Part shown: positions 34,382 through 43,312 of the stretch, in pieces
Numbering within the stretch: the stretch's first letter is position 1
How the letters are laid out: each line of letters starts with the position of its first letter
Assembly (NCBI GenBank): GCA_046758845.1
Contig: JBHIBA010000001.1
Span: 1 to 61,180 of the forward strand
Direction of reading: 5' to 3'
Source of the DNA: Nitrospinota bacterium
GTDB lineage: Bacteria; UBA8248; JACPRG01; G963555815
Length of the DNA: 61,180 nucleotides
Position numbers and translations under genes: made by a program
Notes under the pieces: model-generated
Database searches by the model: none
What the model was told of the DNA's origin: nothing
What the model saw: only the letters and a program-made list of their open reading frames with translations

Positions 34382-35884
34382 GTGAGGAAGGAATTAAGAC
34401 GAATCATCACCGCATCGATGGCCCTCGGTTCATCGGCCCGCTTCATTGTTTCTCTTTTTGCATTTTCTCTGTTCTTTTTGCTTCCGACCTTCCTCCATGC
34501 TCACGGGATTCAGGAGGTTCGGTACTCGCCGCCCATTCCGGGATGGCTTTTTCTGATCGGCGGAGGACTCGCCGTCGCTCTCTCCTTTGTGTTAATCCAC
34601 CTGCGCTCGGCGCATCATAAGCCGGTATCCGGCTACGCCAGACTGCACATCCGGTTCGGACCGGGACTTCGGTTTCTGGGGCATTTACTCTCTGCAATGG
34701 GTCTGCTTTTGGGGGGCCTGGTCCTGGCGGGGAGGTTTCTGGGGGACCCAAGGTCTGAAGACACCTTGCCCTCCGTCCTGGTCTGGTCCGGCTGGTGGAT
34801 AGGGCTTGCGTGGCTGACACTGATGATTGGCAACGCCTGGCCCGCCCTCGATCCATGGAACACCCTGCGCCGCATCTACGGCCGCTGGTTTGCCCGCCCT
34901 CTCTCCCTGGGACTTCGGTTTCCCGCCTTCCTTTCCGCGTGGCCGGCCGTCCTTCTCTTCACCGGATTCATCTGGTTTGAGTTGGGATGGTTCCAGGCCA
35001 GCGAAGCCGAGGGCGTCGTCACGGTATTTCTGATTTTCACCGGATGGCTTTGGGTGGGGATGGCCGTTTTCAAGCCCGAAGACTGGTGGGACAACGCGAA
35101 TCCGTTCGCGCGCTATTTTCGGGTCCTGGGAAGGTTCGGGCCTCTCGAGAAACGGGGGATACACATAGAGGCCAGGATCCCGGGAACTGCGCTGCACGAC
35201 ACCAGACTGGGGAACTCCTCGGAAGCGATTTTTGTGATCGTCGTTCTGTTCGCAGTCACGTTTGACGGCTTCGTCGCAACGCCTGAATGGTGGGTATTAC
35301 TTCGGCGGATGATGTTGAAGAGTTTCGAGATTCTTCCTAAAGGCATAGCCTTTCACGCGTCATTCCTGTTCGCCATCTTGGTGGGCGCGGCAACCTTTGG
35401 ATCCGCATATTTCTTGGTTTGCCGGATCATGAGTCATTTTTCAGATGGGTTGCGAAAGACCAGAGAAATCGCACGCGATTTCGCCATGACCCTCGTCCCG
35501 ATTGCAGCCGCCTACCACATCGCCCATTTCATTCCCGCCGTTCCGAGCCGCGTAACCGGACTCGTCCAAGCGATGGCGGATCCTCTCAGTCTCGGTTGGC
35601 ACCTGTTCGGGTGGCATTCTTTCAAATGGGACGTCAAGTGGACTCCGGAAACCGCCGGGATCATTTGGGTGGCACAAACGGGGCTCATCGTTTTGGGACA
35701 TATCGTATCCATCTGGTCGGCTCACCGCAGGGCGTTAATTCTTATTGGGGATAAATCAAAGGCATCCAAGGTCGAACTGCCCGTGGCAATCCTGATGATA
35801 TGTTATACCGTCGTCAGCCTGTGGATTATCTCCAGGCCTGTCTTGAACGAACCCTTGGTCCCGATTCCGGGCCTGACAAGGTAG
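34382..35884 (+). CDS. polytopic membrane protein, unknown function (signal-peptide-like N-terminus)
   Basis: ~500 aa with >=10 hydrophobic segments. GTG 34382 lies 4 nt after AGGAGG. N-terminus ...FAFSLFFLLPTFLHA/HGIQEV. No family recognised. Confidence 0.65.
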   Translation: MRKELRRIITASMALGSSARFIVSLFAFSLFFLLPTFLHAHGIQEVRYSPPIPGWLFLIGGGLAVALSFVLIHLRSAHHKPVSGYARLHIRFGPGLRFLGHLLSAMGLLLGGLVLAGRFLGDPRSEDTLPSVLVWSGWWIGLAWLTLMIGNAWPALDPWNTLRRIYGRWFARPLSLGLRFPAFLSAWPAVLLFTGFIWFELGWFQASEAEGVVTVFLIFTGWLWVGMAVFKPEDWWDNANPFARYFRVLGRFGPLEKRGIHIEARIPGTALHDTRLGNSSEAIFVIVVLFAVTFDGFVATPEWWVLLRRMMLKSFEILPKGIAFHASFLFAILVGAATFGSAYFLVCRIMSHFSDGLRKTREIARDFAMTLVPIAAAYHIAHFIPAVPSRVTGLVQAMADPLSLGWHLFGWHSFKWDVKWTPETAGIIWVAQTGLIVLGHIVSIWSAHRRALILIGDKSKASKVELPVAILMICYTVVSLWIISRPVLNEPLVPIPGLTR

Positions 35885-36092
35885 GGAGTGACCTTCGTCC
35901 GCCTGCTAGATTGGAGACGGCTGGGGCGCACCGTTTACGTAATCTATGACCCGATCGAGGCGATGGCCCTGGCGGACCCCAAGCTGGGCCGCGAGGACTA
36001 CGACAAATTTAGGAAGGGGGCTTCTTCCGCCTTCGTCTGCGGGTTAGTTTCTCAGTCCACCCACGGTCTCGGCAATGCTCAGTTCTCTCTCA

Positions 36093-36692
36093 TCATGGGA
36101 GGATGATGCGGGGCTCGCTGTTCCGACCTTGGGCAACAATAGCACCGGTCCCATTATCGACCACAGTACGTTGGTTGACAGACACGCCCCCAATAAACTC
36201 TTCTTTCCTTGCCTCAACCGTGATCACAGTCAGGAAGCCACCGCGCTCATCGAGGGGAGGCGTAGTGATCGACGGTTTGGGCAAAACCGGAGGGAAGGCC
36301 CGGAGGCATTCTCCGATAAAAAGGCCAATCTCGCTTTGGCCTACCCCCAGCGGTTTGAGGGAAAAGGGAAGGAGGGTACCGTTTCCCGGATCATTGAACG
36401 GACAGGTGTTTCTTTCCAGGTCCGCAACGTTTTCGCCACTGCTCTGGTCGAAGATCTCGACGTTCGTGATGATGAGGTCTTCAGTCGGGTCCTGATTTCT
36501 GAGATTCAGGAGCCCTCTAATCCTGTGGGTAAAAAAACCTGTCGTTGGGTTACCTGTGATAATATTGACGAACGTGGTCCGATAAGCCACTCTGAATTCT
36601 TTTCTTGGCCCTCTGCGACTCTGCGCCCATGCCGAACCCGAGAGGATCAACAGCATCAACGCGACTGCCACCAGGGAAAGCGCCCGTTTCAT
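36093..36692 (-). CDS. secreted protein, unknown function
   Basis: Clear Sec signal peptide MKRALSLVAVALMLLILSGSAWA/QS. Beta-rich composition; no family recognised. Convergent with the membrane protein. Confidence 0.6.
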   Translation of the reverse strand: MKRALSLVAVALMLLILSGSAWAQSRRGPRKEFRVAYRTTFVNIITGNPTTGFFTHRIRGLLNLRNQDPTEDLIITNVEIFDQSSGENVADLERNTCPFNDPGNGTLLPFSLKPLGVGQSEIGLFIGECLRAFPPVLPKPSITTPPLDERGGFLTVITVEARKEEFIGGVSVNQRTVVDNGTGAIVAQGRNSEPRIILP

Positions 36693-37012
36693 GGTTGCCT
36701 CCTATCCGTGTCTGGGCGGCATGATCCAAAGAGCCACCCGCTGGTTTTAGGGCGCCTTGGCTATATAGTGCCGGCCGAATAATAATTCAAGCGTCCGGAG
36801 GGCACTGATAAAAGAATATGCCGGGTTTGTCGGCGACAGCAGCGCGTTGCTTCGTCAGCCGCAGATCATCGCATTGGAAAACTGGCGGGCTTTCCGGGGG
36901 TAATCCTACTCATAGATGATAACGAGTTCGGGCGCCGCTCTTGGAGCGACCGCGAATGCAGGCCCGGGATGTTCTCAATGCAGCATGCGGAGGGGCGCAG
37001 CATGCCGCGCCT

Positions 37013-37975
37013 CTACCTTGCGCCCCCATAATTTTTCCTACTATGGGGGCGGGACCAGCGCCGGGCGAGTTTTTCTAGCTCGCCGGAGAGCCCGCCCGGC
37101 ATGAACAGGACGGCGGCGATGACCAGGCTGCCCAGCATGATCAGGTAGATGTAGCGGAACTCGACCAGCAAGAACTCCGAGACCACGGACAGCAGCAGCG
37201 CCCCCAATACCGGGCCCTCGACGCGGCGGGCGCCGCCGATCAAGGCCATGATGATCACCTGGAAGGAGATCAGCGGATTGAAAGCGATGTGCGGGTCGAG
37301 ATAGGTCCAGCGCGGCGCGATTGCCGCGCCGACCATGCCCATGATGGAGGCGCTCAGCGCAAAGGCGACGATCTTGTAGTAGGTGGCGTTGATCCCCAGG
37401 GTTTCGGCCTTGCCCTCGTCCTCGCCGATGCTGGTCAAAGCCAGGCCGACCCGCGAGCGGGAGAGCAGAAAGGCCAGCGACACCGTGGCCGCGGCGATGC
37501 CCAACAAATAGTAATAGATGGTGGTGGTGGGCACGGGTTTTAGAATCCGCCCGATCGTGCCGGTGACGTTGATTTCCCACCACAGCACGGAATGCAGCGT
37601 CAGCTCGGCCATGCCGAAAGTGAAAACTGCGAAGTAAGGTCCCTTGAGTCGCAGGACCACCAGACCCGAAAGCAGTGCCACGACCGAGGCGATCGCGCCG
37701 CCGAGCAGGATCACCACGGGCAGAGGCAGGCGGTTGCCCAGGACGGCGGTGGTGTAGGAGCCCATGCCGAAAAACGCGACTGTGGCGAAGGACAGATAGC
37801 GGGTGTGCCCCGAGAAAATGCTCCAGGCCGAAGTCAGGGCGACGAACATCAGCACCGAAACCATCACGGAGAGCGTATAGGGCGAGAACCACCAAGACCC
37901 GAGGACCAGCCCCCCGGTGGCCGACACTGCGAGGACGGGCAGCAGGCGCGCCACCGCGCTATCCTTTCGTCCCAA
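37013..37975 (-). CDS. livM: branched-chain amino acid ABC transporter permease (LivM-type)
   Basis: 320 aa polytopic protein; last gene of the livG-F-K-H-M-ordered operon. Confidence 0.9.
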   Translation of the reverse strand: MGRKDSAVARLLPVLAVSATGGLVLGSWWFSPYTLSVMVSVLMFVALTSAWSIFSGHTRYLSFATVAFFGMGSYTTAVLGNRLPLPVVILLGGAIASVVALLSGLVVLRLKGPYFAVFTFGMAELTLHSVLWWEINVTGTIGRILKPVPTTTIYYYLLGIAAATVSLAFLLSRSRVGLALTSIGEDEGKAETLGINATYYKIVAFALSASIMGMVGAAIAPRWTYLDPHIAFNPLISFQVIIMALIGGARRVEGPVLGALLLSVVSEFLLVEFRYIYLIMLGSLVIAAVLFMPGGLSGELEKLARRWSRPHSRKNYGGAR

Positions 37976-38840
37976 GCAGACCGCGCGGCCGGATCAACAG
38001 AATGGCCATAAAGGCCACGTACATGATGATGGTCTTCATGTCGGGTCCAAGGAGGCGCTCGCCCATGACCTCCAGCAGCCCGAGAATGACGGCCCCGACC
38101 AGGCTGCCCAGGATATTCCCCAGGCCGCCCAGAATGATGATGATCAGCGCGGTCACCGTGTACGACAGGCCCATGTCTGGGGTGAGCTCGAAAACCATGC
38201 TCAACAAAGAACCGGTGATACCCGCCATGGCCAGGCCCAGGCCGAAGCACAGGGCGTGGAACCTGCCCACCTTGATGCCGATCAGTTCCGCCCCCATGCG
38301 GTCCTGCATCAACGCCCGCAGCGCCCGGCCGGTGGCCGCAAGCCGCAGAAATCCGTAAAAGCCGAGGCACAGCGCAGCGGCGACCGCGAACGCAACCAGC
38401 CGGTTGGCGGCATAAAGGCTCCCGCCCAGCTCGACGGAGACATTGAGATAAGAATAACCTTTGATCTCGCCGCCCCAGATGAGAAAAACGACGTTTTGCA
38501 AGATGAAGATCAGCCCGAAGGAGATCACCAGGGAGTCGGACTCGAGCGCCTCCCCCGAACCGGCGCGCTTTATCAACCGACCGAACAGAAGCCGGTGGAA
38601 GCCCAGGCCCATCAGGAAGATGACCGGCAGTGTCACCAACAGGCTTAGAAACGGGTTGATCCCGTAGCTCGTGTATAGCCAGTGGGTGAGGTAGGCCCCG
38701 ACCATCACCGCCTCTCCGTGAGAGACGTTCAAGATGCGCATCAGGCCGTATTGAAGATTGAGGCCTACCGCGATGAGGGCATAAATACCCCCCATGACGA
38801 CACCCGTGAGCGCGACGTCAAGCAACGCTCCCGAGGACAT
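37959..38840 (-). CDS. livH: branched-chain amino acid ABC transporter permease (LivH-type)
   Basis: 293 aa; ...GVVMGGIYALIAVGLNLQYGLMRILNVSHGE... is the typical LivH start. Confidence 0.9.
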   Translation of the reverse strand: MSSGALLDVALTGVVMGGIYALIAVGLNLQYGLMRILNVSHGEAVMVGAYLTHWLYTSYGINPFLSLLVTLPVIFLMGLGFHRLLFGRLIKRAGSGEALESDSLVISFGLIFILQNVVFLIWGGEIKGYSYLNVSVELGGSLYAANRLVAFAVAAALCLGFYGFLRLAATGRALRALMQDRMGAELIGIKVGRFHALCFGLGLAMAGITGSLLSMVFELTPDMGLSYTVTALIIIILGGLGNILGSLVGAVILGLLEVMGERLLGPDMKTIIMYVAFMAILLIRPRGLLGTKG

Positions 38841-38883
38841 CCCCGGTTCCTCTCTCGGGCGGGTTCGGGTGGATGGGCCGGCT

Positions 38884-40110
38884 CTACTTCCAGGCCGGCT
38901 TGATGGCGATGGGCCGGGCCGTGGCCCGATCCCGAGGCCAGACGATCTCGTAAACGCCGTTCTGCCACTGCTGCACCATGCCGGGGGTTTCCAGGTTTAG
39001 GCCGTTGGTAAACTTCACCGGACCCAGGATGGTGGAGAATTTTTCGGTGTGGAAGGCGTCGGTGAGTTTCTCCCGGTCGATGTCGCCGACCTTCTCGATG
39101 GCCTGCTCCAGGACTTGCAGCATCGCCCAGGCGCAAGGTCCGCCCCAGGCGTCCGGCTTGCGTTTCCAGCGCTTGACGAAGCGGTCGAAATACGCCTTGG
39201 AATCCCCAAAGGGCACCTTGTGGTTCCAGACGCCCGGTCCGATGACCCCGTTGACACTTGCGCCGAACTTGCCCCAGTAGGCGGGGAAAATCGCCGCGAC
39301 GCCGGTATAGAACACCTTCGGGCTGAAGCCCGCCGCCTGGGCCTGCGCGGTGGCCAGGAAACCGTCCGGCGGATAGCTGTGACCGATATAGATGTCCACG
39401 TTCCGGGCCTTGAGCCTCTTGAGCGTGGCGGAAAGGTCCTTGGTCCCCAGCGGATAGCTCTTGAGCGTCAAGATGTCAAAGCCCTTCTTCGGCAGCAATG
39501 GGGCGGAGGCCCCCTTGAACTCGATGCCGAAGAGATCCCCCACATACAGCATGCCCACGGTCTTCAGATTGGCCTCCTCTTTGATCGAGACCAGGAAATC
39601 CGCCAGCGCCTGGCTCATGACATCGGACTGCTGGATAATGGTCAGGAAGTACCGCATTTTCAGAGTCTTGAGTTTCTCCGAGGTCACCGTGACGCCGATC
39701 ATCGGATACTTGTAGCGTTGCGCGATGGGGGCGACGGCGAAGTTCATGGCTGTACCCCACGGCGGCAGCATCAGGTCAACCTTATCCTGGGTCGCCAGCT
39801 TCTCATAAAGGCGCACCCCCGTCCCGATATGGCTGCGGTCATCGTAGTGGATGAGGCGCACAGGCAGCCGTTTGCCCAGTTTCTTGACGAAGATACCGCC
39901 CCGGGCGTTCACCTCCTCGCTCCACATGACGTAGTTGGTCATCTGCGAGTGCTGCGCCGGAACGGCGTAGGGGCCGGCCTGGGATAGCGTGAAACCGATC
40001 TTGATCTCCTTGGGCTCCGCCGCCCAGAGCGACGAGCGGAGCAAAGGCGCCCCCACGAGAGCGCCGGCGGTGGCCTTGAGTACTTCCCTTCTGCTTGGTT
40101 TTCTTGTCAT
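38884..40110 (-). CDS. ABC transporter substrate-binding protein (LivK/type-1 PBP family), Tat-type signal
   Basis: MTRKPSRREVLKATAGALVGAPLL is a twin-arginine leader. Start at the second ATG (40110), because the first ATG lies inside the GGAGGGGG RBS. Confidence 0.9.
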   Translation of the reverse strand: MTRKPSRREVLKATAGALVGAPLLRSSLWAAEPKEIKIGFTLSQAGPYAVPAQHSQMTNYVMWSEEVNARGGIFVKKLGKRLPVRLIHYDDRSHIGTGVRLYEKLATQDKVDLMLPPWGTAMNFAVAPIAQRYKYPMIGVTVTSEKLKTLKMRYFLTIIQQSDVMSQALADFLVSIKEEANLKTVGMLYVGDLFGIEFKGASAPLLPKKGFDILTLKSYPLGTKDLSATLKRLKARNVDIYIGHSYPPDGFLATAQAQAAGFSPKVFYTGVAAIFPAYWGKFGASVNGVIGPGVWNHKVPFGDSKAYFDRFVKRWKRKPDAWGGPCAWAMLQVLEQAIEKVGDIDREKLTDAFHTEKFSTILGPVKFTNGLNLETPGMVQQWQNGVYEIVWPRDRATARPIAIKPAWK

Positions 40111-40191
40111 GACGTCCCCCTCCATTTTCTTTGCTCCAGCCTCTCCCCATACGGGACCGCCAGCCGCGCCGAGATCCCGCCTCCCATAACC

Positions 40192-40911
40192 CTACAAGCC
40201 CAAGTAAGCGTGCTTGACCTCCGCGCTGTCAAGCAGGCTCGCGGCCACCCCCTGCATCACGATGCGACCGTTCTCCAGCACCACGCCCCTGTGGGCCACC
40301 GACAGGGCAAGGCGGACGTTCTGTTCGACCAGCAGCACCGTGACGCCCTCCTGATTGATCGCTCGCACAGTGTCGAATATCGCGGCAACCATCTTGGGGG
40401 CGAGACCCAGCGAGGGTTCATCCAGCATCAGAATGCGCGGCCTGAGCATCATGCCCCGGGCGACGGCGACCATTTGTTGCTCGCCCCCGCTCAAGGTCCT
40501 CACCATCTGCCGGCGCCTCTCCTTGAGCACGGGGAACAGGGCGAACACCCGTTCCAGGCTGTCGTACATGTAGGGGCGGGCTCGCAAGGCGTAGGCGCCC
40601 AGTTTCAGGTTGTCGATCACGCTCATATCGGCGAACAGATGGCGGCCCTCGGGGACGTGGATGATGCCCAGCTCCACGATGGTTGTGGGCTCCAGCCCAT
40701 TCAGGCTCCGGCCGTCGAAGCGCACCTCGCCGGCCGCCGGCGCGACCAGGCCCGAAACCGTCTTAAGCAGGGTCGATTTGCCGGCGCCGTTGGGACCCAC
40801 CAGGGTGACGACCTCCCCCTCTTCCACGGCCATCGTGACCGCCCACAGGGTCCGATCGCCGTCGAAAGCCACATCCAGATCCGTGACCTCGAGCGCGGGG
40901 CCCCCGCTCAA
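40192..40911 (-). CDS. livF: branched-chain amino acid ABC transporter ATP-binding protein (LivF-type)
   Basis: Walker A GPNGAGKST, LSGGEQQMVAVARG, MLDEPSLGLAP. Confidence 0.9.
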   Translation of the reverse strand: MSGGPALEVTDLDVAFDGDRTLWAVTMAVEEGEVVTLVGPNGAGKSTLLKTVSGLVAPAAGEVRFDGRSLNGLEPTTIVELGIIHVPEGRHLFADMSVIDNLKLGAYALRARPYMYDSLERVFALFPVLKERRRQMVRTLSGGEQQMVAVARGMMLRPRILMLDEPSLGLAPKMVAAIFDTVRAINQEGVTVLLVEQNVRLALSVAHRGVVLENGRIVMQGVAASLLDSAEVKHAYLGL

Positions 40912-41630
40912 ATCCCTTCCCCCAGATACGCGTCCAGCACTTTCTGGTTCTGGTATAGCTCGCGGGGCAGACCCTCAGCGATTTTGGCGCCGTGGTGGAG
41001 CACGATGACCCGGTCGACAACTTCCATCAAGGCTCTCATCACGTGTTCGATCCAGAAAACGGTGATCCCCATCTCGCCCCTGATCCGTCGGATGATCTCC
41101 ATGACCGACTGCATCTCTACCGGGTTCAGCCCCGCGATGGGCTCATCCAGGAGCAGGAGCTTGGGCCTGGTCGCGAGGGCGGCGGCGATCTCGAGCCGCC
41201 GGCGTTTTGCCGCCGAAAGCTGACGGCTGGGCGCGTCAGTCTCTTCCGAAAGCGCCATGAAGGAGAGAAGCTCACGCGCCTTCTCACGAGTCTGGGCCTG
41301 CGTCAGCTTTTCATGGCTGCCGAAGGTGGCGGCCACGCCCACGAACTCGGCCGCCGTCAGCGCGGGAAAGGTGCGCGGGTCCTGGAAGGTGCGGGCGATG
41401 CCCAGCCGGCACACTTGGTGCGGCTTGAGACCGACGATGGTGGCGCCATTGAACTTGAGCTCGCCCTGGGTCGGTTTGGCGACCGCCGAGATGAGGTTGA
41501 AAAGGGTGGTCTTGCCTGCGCCATTCGGCCCCACAAGACCTACAATCTTCCCGGGTTCAATAGAGAACTGGATGTTGGAGATCGCTGTAATCCCCGAGAA
41601 TTTCTTGGTCAGCTCCGCGACTTCCAGCAC
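40908..41630 (-). CDS. livG: branched-chain amino acid ABC transporter ATP-binding protein (LivG-type)
   Basis: VLEVAELTKKFSGITAISN..., GPNGAGKTT, LSAAKRRRLEIAAAL, LLDEPIAGLNP. Start set at GTG 41630 after GGAGGGG (ORF extends to 41681). Confidence 0.9.
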   Translation of the reverse strand: MLEVAELTKKFSGITAISNIQFSIEPGKIVGLVGPNGAGKTTLFNLISAVAKPTQGELKFNGATIVGLKPHQVCRLGIARTFQDPRTFPALTAAEFVGVAATFGSHEKLTQAQTREKARELLSFMALSEETDAPSRQLSAAKRRRLEIAAALATRPKLLLLDEPIAGLNPVEMQSVMEIIRRIRGEMGITVFWIEHVMRALMEVVDRVIVLHHGAKIAEGLPRELYQNQKVLDAYLGEGI

Positions 41631-41757
41631 GGCCCCTCCGATATAAAACGACGCGCCAGCCTCCGCCGCAAGGCAGGGCAATATTAGCTGAGATTTCCGA
41701 TACCAATTATACCCGGAGAGGTCGCCGGGCCTCTACCTGTCACCACCTCACCCTCTT

Positions 41758-42075
41758 GAGGTGCGGGCGCTCTTCAGGCGAGTGCGCTGGGCGCCTGTTG
41801 AAATCAGTAAGGCAGCTCCGCTCCTGCTCGCCCGGCCTGCAGGGGAAGTTCATCAAAATGGGTGGCCGGATCGTGCGGCATGCCGGACACATCATCTTTC
41901 AGTGGGCCGAGGTGGCCGCATCCGGGGAAATCTATGGCACCATGTTGGCGCGGCGAATGCTGTTGACAGCCCAAGTGGGGCGGCCTGTAATTCTCCTGAT
42001 CGCCAATCAGTGCGGGCCGTTCCTTCAACAGGGGTTAAAATGGAAATTCCTAACTCCATGATTCCCGGGCGCCCG
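41758..42075 (+). mobile_element. IS1380/IS4-superfamily DDE transposase remnant (frameshifted C-terminal part plus IS end region)
   Basis: LQGKFIKMGGRIVRHAGHIIFQWAEVAASGEIYGTMLARR is the conserved transposase tail. Upstream, in another frame, LFRRVRWAPVEISK resembles the FLRRLA-P block. The downstream motif GGGTTAAAATGGAAATTCC (42032..42050) matches the copy at 30157..30176. Confidence 0.55.
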
Positions 42076-42165
42076 GCGCGGGAGGGGTGAACCAACCGCT
42101 CGGAGCGGCGGAGGAAACTGGCCCTTTTGTGTTCTCATGCGGTTCGATACTAGGGGGGAGTCGCG

Positions 42166-42765
42166 ATGATCAAATGGAGTAAAGATATCCTCAGGCGATA
42201 TCGAGAAGCCAAGCAGGTCGAGACGGGGCGCATAAGACAACTCATCGCCGAACATTCAGATGAGATTTATCACGATCCGGACACGCATGTAGGGGGAAAT
42301 CCGCAGGGCGACATCACAATTGCCGAGTTCTTCGACTATCGCTGACCCTTTTGCAAGACCCTTGGTCCAAGGGTCCTCAAGTTGGCCGAGGAGGATTCTG
42401 GAGTCCGCATCGTCCTTAAGGAATTTCCCGTTCACGGGGCGGGATCCCTCATGGCTTCCCGGGCGGCGCTCGCCTCAAAGGCTCAGGGAAAATATCTGGA
42501 CTTCCATAGAGCGCTTTTCAGGGCAGGGCGGAAAATCGATGAGGAAAAGATCATGAAGATTGGTGCGTCACTGGGCCTGGATACTGTACAGCTCAAGGAA
42601 GACATGGAGGCCCCCGGGACCCTGGCCATCGTTGACCGCAACAAGGCCCTTGCAAAATCACTCGGCATCTGGAGAACTCCCTCTATGGTGGTCGGTAACG
42701 AGGTGAGGATCGGGGCAACCAGCTACAAGGGGCTCGAGAAGCTGACTGCTCGGGCGCGGTCCTGA
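42166..42765 (+). CDS. DsbA-like thioredoxin-fold oxidoreductase with in-frame TGA (candidate selenocysteine, U-P-F-C motif)
   Basis: The ORF track gives only 42382..42765. The same frame from ATG 42166 (GGGGGGAG RBS) reads ...HVGGNPQGDITIAEFFDYR-TGA(42343..42345)-PFCKTLGPRVLKLAEEDSGVRIVLKEFPVHG.... The TGA is at the first Cys of the DsbA-like CxxC (codon 60). Confidence 0.75.
42357..42375 (+). promoter_or_regulatory. candidate bacterial SECIS hairpin
   Basis: GACCCUU-GGUCC-AAGGGUC is a perfect 7-bp stem with a 5-nt apical loop containing GGU. It starts exactly 11 nt after UGA 42343..42345. Confidence 0.6.
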
Positions 42766-42825
42766 CCCCTTGAGGTACCCGTATGAGCCTTAAGCACTTT
42801 TCAGGTCGGGGCGGAGAACCCATGA

Positions 42826-43251
42826 ATGGGGAGGCGCCCAATGGTCGTCACAAGGCAATTTGAGGTCGGCGGGGCCGAACCGGCCGGTGAGTTCCTTTGT
42901 TTCGCTACCTACTTGCCTGTGAGAAGATGGCGAAGTGTTATTCCATTCCTGAGAATGTCGTCACGGGTCCAGAGGCAACTGAAAAAAACTCAAGGCTTGG
43001 TTCGGTGCGGTCTTCGGGCGGACTTTCTTCGTAAACGTTTCTGGACCTTTTCGGTTTGGGCCAACGCGGACTCGGTCAACGACTTTGTGGCCGCCGAGCC
43101 GCATGCTACGGCCGTGGAGAAATTCGAAGCGTGGGCGGAACCGGGAGCCGCATTTGTCGAGTGGACGAGCGATCATGGCTCTATCGACTGGGATGAGGCC
43201 GACAGGCGGCTTCAACATCCGGATATGTCCTTTAACCAACCTATCGGGTAA
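42826..43251 (+). CDS. DUF3291-like (dimeric alpha/beta-barrel) protein
   Basis: 141 aa. ...FLCFATYLPVRRWRSVIPFLRMSSRVQRQLKKTQGLVRCGLRADFLRKRFWTFSVWANADSVNDFV... resembles DUF3291. Call is from memory only. Confidence 0.5.
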   Translation: MGRRPMVVTRQFEVGGAEPAGEFLCFATYLPVRRWRSVIPFLRMSSRVQRQLKKTQGLVRCGLRADFLRKRFWTFSVWANADSVNDFVAAEPHATAVEKFEAWAEPGAAFVEWTSDHGSIDWDEADRRLQHPDMSFNQPIG

Positions 43252-43312
43252 CACTTACTAATCGGAGCATAAAAGATTTGGCATAAGGATGGTTTGATGC
43301 TATGTTTTTCGC

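Noticed and set aside
35888-36106. 72-codon GTG-initiated ORF directly after the membrane protein
   Set aside because: It is plausible by position, but it has no RBS, no motifs, and overlaps the 3' end of the convergent secreted-protein gene. It is mentioned only within the orphan-pair finding (34322..36692).
30125-42075. Hypothesis that the two IS1380-like pieces are halves of one transposase gene split by an 11.6-kb inversion
   Set aside because: Both remnants contain the same C-terminal block (FLRRLA-P...) and the same downstream non-coding motif. They are two copies of the same end, not complementary halves.
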